A stretch of 64,000 nucleotides of DNA from Syncephalis fuscata S228 (lineage: Eukaryota; Fungi; Zoopagomycota): NCBI GenBank assembly GCA_025786725.1, contig JAHLTZ010000004.1:558001-622000 (forward strand), given 5' to 3'. A model generated the notes under the pieces. That model saw nothing but the letters and a program-made list of their open reading frames with translations. It ran no database searches and had not been told where the DNA came from. Within the stretch, counting starts at the first letter, position 1, and each line of letters starts with the position of its first letter. Positions 1 to 10,554 of this stretch are shown here, piece after piece. A program made the position numbers and the translations under genes.

Positions 1-179
1 TGTCGTAATATAACCGTATCGTTGTTTTGTTAGCGTATAAACGTAATAATAATAATAAATTTTCTACGAAATTTACCTGTTAAATGAACAACAGAAAGTG
101 GCGATTGCGTGATCAATAATTTGTTGTGAAAGATTTATCGATTCAAAAACTCGATGGCCTTTGAAGTTACGCTGTATAT

Positions 180-203
180 GGTTGGATTTTACTTTGGCCC
201 CCC
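180..203 (-). mobile_element. Putative 3' terminus of a Fanzor-carrying DNA transposon (MULE-like GG end)
   Basis: GGTTGGATTTTACTTTGGCCCCCC closely matches the TIR start GGTTGAATTTTACTTTGACTCCC at 14569 and lies about 240 bp downstream of Fanzor relic 1. No partner TIR found. Confidence 0.6.
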
Positions 204-419
204 ATTCAACGCAATAAGTCATTTTACGCAATCGACCATAATGATTTGAATGATTGATTCGCGTTTAAACCATCGTTCATTTGAAACATTAATTCACAAC
301 AAATATTAACGTGATGTAACAACATTGTTATTACCATAAAATAGAATTGATTAAATTTAACAAAACATTGTATTATTAACTACTATTTTAAACATTTAAA
401 TAGAACTTACATCCGATAT

Positions 420-640
420 CTAAATAGTCCCCTCATAGGAGAAGACTGAACCCGCATCCTTAGCGGTGATTGTGTTGGTCTGAGATGGTCTGGCAAACTC
501 AGCTGGTCTGCCATTTCCACTTTATATTGATTTGATGATATGAAAAATTCTTACTAGCCATGACATCCTGATTCCACACCACCTGGCAGTTTTAACAGAC
601 TAAGATGGTTTGTTAAGTATGACCATTTATACTAATATTT
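420..640 (-). pseudogene. Fanzor/TnpB-like nuclease C-terminal relic 1
   Basis: Manual translation gives TILVC*NCQVVWNQDVMASKN, then a frameshift, then FHIIKSI*SGNGRPAEFARPSQ...EGTI*. This matches the Fanzor C-terminal pattern CxxC-x3-WNRD-x-(N/M)A-x2-N...RPxxFxR. It contains stops and one frameshift. Confidence 0.8.
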
Positions 641-1052
641 TTATTGACTTTTTTTTCTTTCTTGATGGATCACTATTTAATTGTATATACAAGGCGTAGT
701 TTAGAATAGATGTGTTTACAAGTATTTTATTTAACATTCAATAAACACTCTTGCTTATATACTAAATCTAGTGCTTAAAAGTTTAGTTGTCAATTATAAT
801 ATCATGTTCTATGCTAATGACATTTTTTTATGCATTGATATCTATTCTCCTTACTTTACCAGTGACATTGTTCTGTAAATATATTTGATTTTATGCAATT
901 GATTTTTATTCTTTCTTTTATTCCACCACTTGAACAATTCCCTTATCCGTATTTCAATTTGTTCGCAGTCTTTCTATGTACAATGCCACTTGATTTATGG
1001 CTTGTGTATATTACATTGATTATTAATTAAATAAAGATAATCGTTTTTACAT

Positions 1053-1983
1053 TAAACAATTTATTAGTCATTTAATGTAATTTAATAGTAAAATGACTAC
1101 ATTTAATAATATTTACACATTTAAATTAAACTTTTTTTCTATTGAACATGAAACTAGCGTAATTCACATCAGGGTCCAAAATACCCATCAGCATAGATTC
1201 ATTATCCAGTATGCATATATTCAGCACACATATATACTCTATTTACATATATCATCCTCATCCTATTTCACAGTATTATATACTATTCTATTCCATATTA
1301 GATACATTCTATTGTTTATACGTTCTAATAAACTTCATTCATTTCCCTCATTACGTTATATGCACTATAACTTTAACATCGTTTTATACGCTTTCTTACC
1401 GTACATTTATCATTTATATATCATTCTATACTTGCATAGTCTTTCTGTATCAAAAATACATTTATTTTTATTTTAGCTTTATTATTAAAAAAGTTCAACT
1501 AATGTTGGTCATCTTGTTCATGCATATATGCTCAATAACTTAAACATTGCTAATCTCGTTCAACATTGTGTATCCATTATAATGTTTATTATTTTATTAT
1601 ATATTGGCTATACGCTGTCTATAGCCGTTGTCGGTATGGTTCCAACTCTTTTATTAATAAAATTAACATATTGCACTTAGTTTGTTCACTGAGTTATATT
1701 GGTAAAACAAATAATATGAATATGAACGGAGTTCTGTTTTATTGAAATTATTTATAAATAAATTAAGCCATGCCAATTAGTTATGCTTTTAATGTTAATC
1801 AAGCAAGGTGACGGGTATATATAGTAATAACACATACTGTGATGATATATGCATACTGTATAATAAATCTATAATGATGAGTATTTGATGATTGATGTCA
1901 CTCACCACTTGTTCCCATGTTCAGTAGATTGGATGTTATTAAATCTGGTCATTGGCACCCAAATCATACTAAATGGCTAATTT
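1053..1983 (+). mobile_element. Non-autonomous long-TIR element, family A copy 1
   Basis: Imperfect ~170-bp terminal inverted repeats around TCTATTGAACATG / CATGTTCAGTAGA. Core 1138-1936 is near-identical to the reverse complement of 9355-10153, with a diverged copy at about 34531-35365. No credible coding capacity. Confidence 0.85.
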
Positions 1984-2458
1984 TGCGTCTATTGCAGTTG
2001 TACAAATCCTTAGGGCGGTGAGGAATACAACAATTTTCAATAGAAAAATCTATTTTGAAAATGGTGCCGGAAGGTACTTCAACAATTGTTTCAAATTTAT
2101 GAAACTTCAATCATTGTCATATGTGCAAAATATTGGTTTTTCGGTTAATATCCGAATTAAATACCGTTATTTATCCAATTTTTTTATTAATGTACAAACT
2201 AAACATTTATACAGCATAGCTGACTGCCACCACTTGTTCCTTTGCCATATCCAATGCACCTATTTCCATGTGTGCCGCCGCTAGTAGTATTAGTTACATA
2301 TTTTATGGGTAACAAAAAGAAACTTCTATATTTACAAAAAACAAGTCGTGTTTCACCAAGCTTATCATAACGGCGCTGAAACTTCCGTATGGCTTAAATA
2401 ATTGCTTATTTTTTAATCTATAATTATTGCCCAGTTTTTTTTTGCATATTTTTATATA

Positions 2459-4407
2459 ATGATGAATACCATAGGAACGCTTATACTATTGCTACACTTT
2501 ATTGTGTCTGTTTTTGGTACAGCCACATTTCGTGTAGGCAATCAAACATTCCAATATCACACACAAGATTTATTTGAAGTTACAGTTGCACCATATACAG
2601 CTCGTGGTGTTTTAGTAAATGCTGTGTTTAGCAAGAACGCATCATGTGAAATACTGTCGTCTGTCCTTGATACAGCTCGATCGGCACTGGATGGTGTAAA
2701 ATCGGATAACATCACAGATGTAATCATTGCTATTGATGAAAAGAAAGCATTCGAAGGTGGCTGCAAAACAATTACTCATGTAAGCCATCAGCACCAGTAT
2801 TGCAATAGCATGTTTTAATTATTATTATTATTATTATTATTAAAAATAGGCGGGATTTGCAGTTTCTGATCTTAAGCAGTATTTAAATTATACAGGTGGA
2901 GTCTTTATTGACACGGCGCTTTACATATCTCATACAAAGCCAGGTCCTGTTTTCGGTGCATATCATACCTTGAGGTATACAACGTTTGGATTTAATTTTT
3001 ACGAAGAAACTTTACCATTCAACATTGCATTGCTACCCTATGATGATTATCGATTTGTTGTAGATGCAAGCAATGAGCTAAGCACAACAGTCATTGTAAC
3101 AGTTGAAGAAGGTGATTGATTTGCTTTGATATTGCTATCACATTTTGCGCACTAGCTAATGTATAAACTGTGTATCTATAGAGCCTGGGCCTTGGAATGG
3201 TGTTTTTTTATCGACTGGCTATCGAGCATTTATATATTGCACAATGGCTGCATTTATAATTATTATATTATATAGCTTTGTAACTATATACCGCTTGATC
3301 AAAGCAAAAAGGATTATTACTAAGCAACATATTGCGATATATGTTTCTGCGCTATGCGCTGCAATATGTAAGATGGACTCATAATTACCAATATCGATAA
3401 TATGCTAACCATATGCTTTTATATGTTAGTCTGCATCATTGGATTAACGCTTAAAATAGACAGCTTGGCTTATAAATGTGTAACATCTTCTCAAGGAGTT
3501 TTCCTGTCCATTGGATTTCATGTGCTTCTAATGTTGTGGTATGTTACGTGATGTAGAGATTTATCACAAGCTTTATTAAATCCACTAATAATAATAACTA
3601 ATAGGCACTCAATTGCAATCAGCGTACAAAAAAATCGATATTTAATATTACTTCAATATGGTATTATTCTTTTATTTGCAATTGCAATTATCAGCCGAAT
3701 ACTATATATTGTTTGTGAGTTTATTTCATCATCTGCGGTACGAGGTGAATTACAAATAACCAGCGCCCGTACTATATTGGCGACTCAAATTATAATTAGC
3801 ATTGCATTTATTTATTACGGTAATTACATAGCATCGTTCGTAAATACTAAAATTTTAAACTGTTGTGTTTAGGCATAGCATTCTGGCTAAAACAAAACAA
3901 ATTGTTGGCAAACAGTCCTGTAAAACATGCATTGTTATTAGTAAGTAGCAAGAAAATCAAATTATTAAACAAAAATATTTATCACTAGCATGCTAGGTGA
4001 CAAAAATATGTGCAATATTTTCATTCGCATATCTAATGGTATTTGCTGAAAATATGATATATTATACAAAAGTTTGGGATTATAGTGTTGAGGCCGAACT
4101 TGCTCGCGTGATTATTTATAAACTTTCGTATGCTGTGCGCATCGGTGTGCTTCTTTTTTTCATTGGTTTACGTCCAAAATCCAATAGCGAGTGTAAAGAT
4201 AGTGCGACAATTAAAATGAACAGCAGGAGTAGTGCTACGATCTCGGTACAAGATATGCATAATATATACGCAAATTATGCTAGCGCGCTCATGTCATCAA
4301 ATGTCGATCCAGATGCACGTCCATACTCGAAGATAGTACATTCTATAGCAGAACTACTACGTATAATTAAACTATTATATGGTTTATTAGTAATGCAAAT
4401 TATTTGA
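2459..4407 (+). CDS. Signal-peptide, multi-pass (about 7 TM) membrane protein with EPGPWN motif; 7 exons
   Basis: Splices in frame through GT-AG introns starting at about 2780, 3112, 3368, 3539, 3820 and 3941. N-terminal hydrophobic signal, extracellular region, then EEEPGPWNGVFLS followed by several hydrophobic helices. Confidence 0.75.
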
Positions 4408-6226
4408 TGCTGCTTATTACGTCGACAATAGCAATTATATTTAATTATAAAACACAAATGTAATATATATTAATAAAGCATTCTTAAGTGTGTAAACTAT
4501 TTTTATACAAAGCGGCATAAAATGTATTACGAGATAAATAATTTGGTAATTGAAAAGGTTTAAACATGTTATGTATTCATACAAAGCATACAATAAATAC
4601 CGACAGATGTATAATAAAGATGTCTGGTCAAGGCTGTAAAAAACACTATTGACATTAGGTATTAAGCTAAAATAAGTATATAACAGCTACCTGGCATTAT
4701 ACTTATTTATTTGTTGTGTAAGTTGACATGTGCGAATAGCAATGCGCATGTTGTAAATATTAAATGCCAAAGTGTTGTAAGCGGAGTATTATTGTCAAAG
4801 AATAATTTGTGCCTTATTAGCGACAAGCCATTAGAGAAAAAACCAATAAGTCATTAAACAAAGTTTGTAATTCATTAAAAGTAATAAACACGCTGTTGCA
4901 CCAATAATTAGTTGTTACAGCCAATTGAATGAAAGTGGTCATCTTGAATTAGAAAATATGATTTGACGTTTTATTAGACAGTTATAAATTATACAAAATA
5001 ATTTTAATATTAACAGCATTTCATCAGTATAAGCTATAATATCAGCGTGTTTAAATACTATAGCTGCAATCATAATTTCTATCGCCAATCTTGTTATTTT
5101 AAATATGCATTGGCAGTGCATTATTATAGAATACTATAAAAAATATATTACAATAAATAACTAATGCTGCGGACCATTATCTAATGCCAGACAGTTGAGG
5201 AGAATACCGACTCGGCTAACACCTATGCCGCTTTACTACGCGCGTGTATTCAATACAATTACACAACATTGGCTTGGAAACATATATGTATACTAGGCAG
5301 GTAGATTATTGTCGGCAATTACCCGTTTATTCTAACATCACATGTTAGGCATACCAATTTAGGATAGATTATGACTTCAAAACGGAATAATGCACACGTG
5401 GTGCAATTTTTTCTCACTTTTGCTAACACCGCCACTCAGTGCCAATATACCCCATAATTCTTCACTGCTAAATATATTAATAAGAAACACACTTTACTGC
5501 TTTGTCGCTTGTGATCCTGCCCCTCCTTTTCTTTTACATTTCTTCTAGTTCACGATAACGATACGTTATCACGCCACATCGTTTAACAACGTTTATGCTT
5601 GTGCGGTGTACGTGTGTAACTTAATAATTTCTTTTACGACTTTTTACAGCCGATATCAACAACACATCTACTTGGTAAGTATATTTAACAAAAACCCCTT
5701 ATCCTGGGATGTTCTACATAAATGTGTAGTATTACCACGGCAGAAGCAATTATTAGTCGATGAAAGTAATGGGCGGGAAAGGCGTGTTTCATCATGGATA
5801 CACGATACAGGTAGTAGCAATTATGGACAAATTGGTAGATTTTATTAGCTTGTGATTGTTGGAAACATTGCCCATAATGCTGACGTTTTTCTTTCACTTT
5901 TAATTCAATCTGAAAAAGAGACGAGAACGAGTGTGGAATTGATTAGTGACGAAAACGGAAATACGTGCGGGGAATTATTGGCTAACTTTTCTTTTTTGGC
6001 AATTTTAAATGTGGTGTCCATATAGGCCATTATTCTTTCCTGCAGTGACACGTTTATAACACACGCCAAGTGACGACCCGATTTTTTTAACTTCAAAGAA
6101 CAATAACACGAATTATTAACGAACCAACAAACAACGAATCAAACAATTAATTAAATAGTAATTTATTTACTTTTATCAAGATAGATCTGTGTAGCGTGGG
6201 CATATTTGACTTGTACTTTTATCGTC

Positions 6227-8709
6227 ATGTCGTTCACAGGTAGTCATAACGATAATAATCGTTTTAATACCGGCCAGAATATCACACATATTTCAGCGCC
6301 GGAACGTGCCCATGTAGGCCCTGGAGCTAATGCTCGCTTTGATTTGACCGGCTATGAGACTGATGCTATGTCTCGTCAGGGACCCATGTCCAATTATGCA
6401 GCAACTGAATATAATGCCGTTGACCGTGACTACATTGAAGAAAAACCAAAAACAGGCATGCAGCGATTTTTCAAGACTCGTCGTCGAATGTGCCTATGCA
6501 TTTGCTGTCTACTTACACTCATTATTATTGCTGTGTTAATCCCGGTTGTCATTTTTGTTGTTGTTCCGGCACTAGCCCAGTCCAATGTCAATGGCTCAAA
6601 AATGGTAATAACATCGACCAACATCACTAGTCCACAAGAAGATTCGTTTGTCATGAAAATGGCCGGTACTGTGACAGATACTGGACCTTTTGATGCGCAA
6701 ATTGAGTTGAAAGACAAAGTGAAAATGTATTACAACGATGAAGAACTTGGACAAATGACCATGGATCCAATTAATGCAAAAGCCGGTGTAGGTGCTACCA
6801 TAGACGCTGCACCTACATTCGAAGTAACCAACAAAGATGCCTTTGGTCGCTTTTCTAAAGTTATGATGGGTGAGAAAAGTTTTACATGGGTCATGAAAGG
6901 AACCGCTCGTGTACGTGCAATGGGTTTGCTTACCATTGACAACATTAAGCTAGAAAAGGAGCTGACATTTGCTGGTATGTACAGCGACATTAAATGCAAA
7001 TTGAATTACACTTACACTGCGCTGCTATAGGTATGCAAAACTTTTTGAATGTTAAGATCAAGTCATTTGATTTACCATCAAATCATCCACTTGGTGGCAT
7101 TACAATGAACGTCGAGTCATCAATGGAAAATCCATCGATATTTGGCATGGAATTAGGCCATTTAACATTCGATATATTTTACAAAGATGTACAGATTGTC
7201 ACAGCTAACGCTACCGGGATCAATCTTGTGCCGGGTGTAAATGGACTTGAAATGAAAGGCCGTATGATTCCACAATCACGCAGTGAAGATCTTGCTGTGG
7301 TCGGTAAAATGTTTAGCGACTACATGAATGGCCGATCGTCGGACATGAAGGTTGTTGGTGTTTCAGTACGCCCAACACCCGACAGCAAGCCGATTTCATG
7401 GCTACAGGCTGGCTTTAATGGACTGACGCTTAACGTGAAGCTGGACAGCAAAGAAGATGGCCGACTAATCCAAAGTCTTGATCTTGGTCCGCTTGAAATG
7501 AACTTTTCACCATCGACGGCATGGTCGCCTGTTACGTCGGCACCGAATGTCGTAGCCGGATTTAAGATGCCGTTCGGATTCCCGCTTGAAATGAAGCAGG
7601 TCGAGCAGGACATTACAGCATATGACAATGGCGTAGCTATGGCCACAATGAAAGTACCAATGGGCAAAGCATCAGGCACATCGGCATCAGGAAAGATTGT
7701 TACAGCCATCGACAATATACCAATGAATGTGATACCGAGTCAACATGCACAATTCAGCAAATTCGTTAGCGATTTAACGCTGGGCAGTGGCAAGTCAATG
7801 ACCATGCGTGGTACCGTGTCGTCAGTCGCAAGCACGGCTATTGGTGACGTGCGCATTGATGGAATCAAATTGAATCAGAAAGTAACTATTGAAGGCTTAC
7901 AAGGATTAACCACTGCTCCTGTTATAGTAAGTAATGTTCAACTTGTCGGCGGTACACCAGAGGCATTAGAAATTCACATGACCTGTACCATGACCAACCC
8001 TTCCGACTTGACTTTATTAGTTGCTGCTGAGTTAGCTCTTAAAATTTCTGCTGATAATGAAGATGTTGGCAAAGCAATCATTAAGACTATGCAATTAAAA
8101 CCGGGCGTCAACAATATTGACGCAATATTTTATTTTTCGCCACAAACTGAAGCAGCGCACCAAGTAGGCCGACGCATTTTAGAAGGATTTATCAGCGGCA
8201 CCGACTTTAGAGCCGGTATTGCAGGATATGATGAATCCACCTCGATTGGCTCGCTTTTAAAGGGATTTTCGCAACTAAGATTTGTCTCAAGTGTGCCATC
8301 TAATCATGAGCCACTTGCGCGTGGCGGTAAATACGTGCTTAATCTTCTTTCAGTTGCTTTGTCAAGCCGAACCCAAGCAAAGATTACTCTTTATAATCCT
8401 TTTGATACCGCCATGGTTATCACGACGCTTAAAACGCCCGTAATTTGTAAAGGAATGACTTTGGGAACTGTCGAGGCCCACTTTCCTGGAGAAGGCTTTG
8501 TTTTGGCACCAAAGACCACAACCGAGTCGCCAGTATTGCAGCTAGTAATTACTATCAGCTTAGGCGTGCTTACTAGTGTCCTTACCGCGCCAAATGGTCT
8601 ATTGATTGCCGATATCGATGGTGTTATAAATGCAAATGTTGGTGGATACCCGCTTGAATTAAGCTACAAGCAGAGTGGGATACGAATGGAACGTGTTGGC
8701 TCCCTTTAA
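6227..8709 (+). CDS. DUF3712-family single-pass membrane protein (about 808 aa), one intron 6975-7030
   Basis: RRR + Cys-rich TM helix, then repeated beta-rich modules (TGPFDA, FDLPSNHPLGGI, NPS...LG.L.F, PFGFPL) typical of fungal DUF3712 proteins. The intron joins the two long ORFs in frame. Confidence 0.8.
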
Positions 8710-9204
8710 CTCGTACTATAGCTACATAAGCAGCGCGAATACCCTGTAAAGACCATTAATTATTGTTATATTCAATAAAGACTCGGACAGCGCTTTAACA
8801 AAAATTGAACCAAATAGTTAATACAATGATTGTATTATATCGCTTAAGCAATTTTATATTTATTTAAATAACAATAATATAATTTAAAATTATTTATTCT
8901 ATATATATATATATATCAAGTTGCAATGTAATTATTACTATAGTTATAAATCATTGTAAACTAGGCACTCGATTCGATATTAGATTGTTCATTTATTATT
9001 TGTATTGTAAATATAGCTTAAGTTAATAAATAATATAAAGTAAAATTACCATTAACAATAAAAGTGTGCGCTAACATCTGTTTACAAGCAAAGTAATACC
9101 GTCATTACCATTATATGGCCAGTATAAGCAGTACAGTATGCAATTAACAGTCTTTTTTTAATAAAATATGAAGCAAAGTGCTGAAGTAATAATGATAAAC
9201 AGCA

Positions 9205-10180
9205 TAGTATGATTTGGTGGTCAAATGACTATTTTTAATAACATTTGCGTAATTGAACTACACATTCGAATTCGGATTTATTAGCTTGAATGAGACAACG
9301 GCCCGTAGGACCTAACCGCGCATTTGCAGCATTTGCCTGCCACCCCTGAACTACACATCCAATCTACTGAACATGGGAACAAGTGGTGAGTGACATCAAT
9401 CATCAAATACTCATCATTATAGATTTATTATACAGTATGCATATATCATCACAGTATGTGTTATTACTATATATACCCGTCACCTTGCTTGATTAACATT
9501 AAAAGCATAACTAATTGGCATGGCTTAATTTATTTATAAATAATTTCAATAAAACAGAACTCCGTTCATATTCATATTATTTGTTTTACCAATATAACTC
9601 AGTGAACAAACTAAGTGCAATATGTTAATTTTATTAATAAAAGAGTTGGAACCATACCGACAACGGCTATAGACAGCGTATAGCCAATATATAATAAAAT
9701 AATAAACATTATAATAGATACACAATGTTGAACGAGATTAGCAATGTTTAAGTTATTGAGCATATATGCATGAACAAGATGACCAACATTAGTTGAACTT
9801 TTTTAATAATAAAGCTAAAATAAAAATAAATGTATTTTTGATACAGAAAGACTATGCAAGTATAGAATGATATATAAATGATAAATGTACGGTAAGAAAG
9901 CGTATAAAACGATGTTAAAGTTATAGTGCATATAACGTAATGAGGGAAATGAATGAAGTTTATTAGAACGTATAAACAATAGAATGTATCTAATATGGAA
10001 TAGAATAGTATATAATACTGTGAAATAGAATGAGGATGATATATGTAAATAGAGTATATATGTGTGCTGAATATATGCATACTGGATAATGAATCTATGC
10101 TGATGGGTATTTTGGACCCTGATGTGAATTACGCTAGTTTCATGTTCAATAGATTGGATGTTATTAAAAATAGTTATTTG
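9205..10180 (-). mobile_element. Long-TIR element family A copy 2 (core inverted relative to copy 1)
   Basis: 9355-10153 is the reverse complement of 1138-1936, with two substitutions seen by eye (copy-1 positions 1262 and 1575). TIR arms present on both sides. Confidence 0.9.
9266..9346 (-). mobile_element. 81-bp insertion with 12-bp target-site duplication; possible 5'-truncated non-LTR retroelement
   Basis: TGAACTACACAT occurs at 9254-9265 and 9347-9358 and interrupts the family A TIR consensus. The insert is GC-richer than its flanks and has AATAAA near its minus-strand 3' end. Confidence 0.7.
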
Positions 10181-10209
10181 TTCACAAAAAACAAGGTGTG
10201 ATGATGTAA

Positions 10210-10335
10210 TGATTAAATAAAACTTACCACTTGTCCCATGTTCAATAGATTGAATGTACAGTTCAATTACGCAAATGTTGTCAAGTTTAGCCATTTAACT
10301 TCTAAATTATATTAAATGGTTAATAAATTGTTTAT
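10210..10335 (-). repeat. Solo, older family A TIR arm
   Basis: ACCACTTGTCCCATGTTCAATAGATTGAATGTACAGTTCAATTACGCAAATGT... Its reverse complement aligns to the family A TIR, and its outer part resembles 1053-1100. Confidence 0.75.
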
Positions 10336-10554
10336 TAATTTATTATTTCTAAAATAAATAGTGTAGTTAGTTATATTTAATTAATAGTTGCAAAAAGCTG
10401 TTTAATTAATAAAGGATACCTATTTATTTATTATAATAATTTTGTTAAATCAATCGCTAATGACACATTTAGTTTATAGTCATAGAATAGATAGCAATAT
10501 AAATGATAATGTATAAAAAAATACTTGTGCAAAAAGGAATGTCTACAATTATTA

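Noticed and set aside
420-625. Possible snoRNA (TGATGA...CTGA at 533-571), RNase MRP or TPP riboswitch; also a model with 33-35 nt introns
   Set aside because: Required conserved elements are missing, and the minus-strand Fanzor reading explains the whole segment better.
1093-1543. 110-159 aa ORFs at 1093-1543 and 9748-10294
   Set aside because: They lie in the G-poor strand of the family A repeat, have Ile/Tyr/Phe/His-biased composition with no motifs, and overlap in two frames, so they are compositional artefacts.
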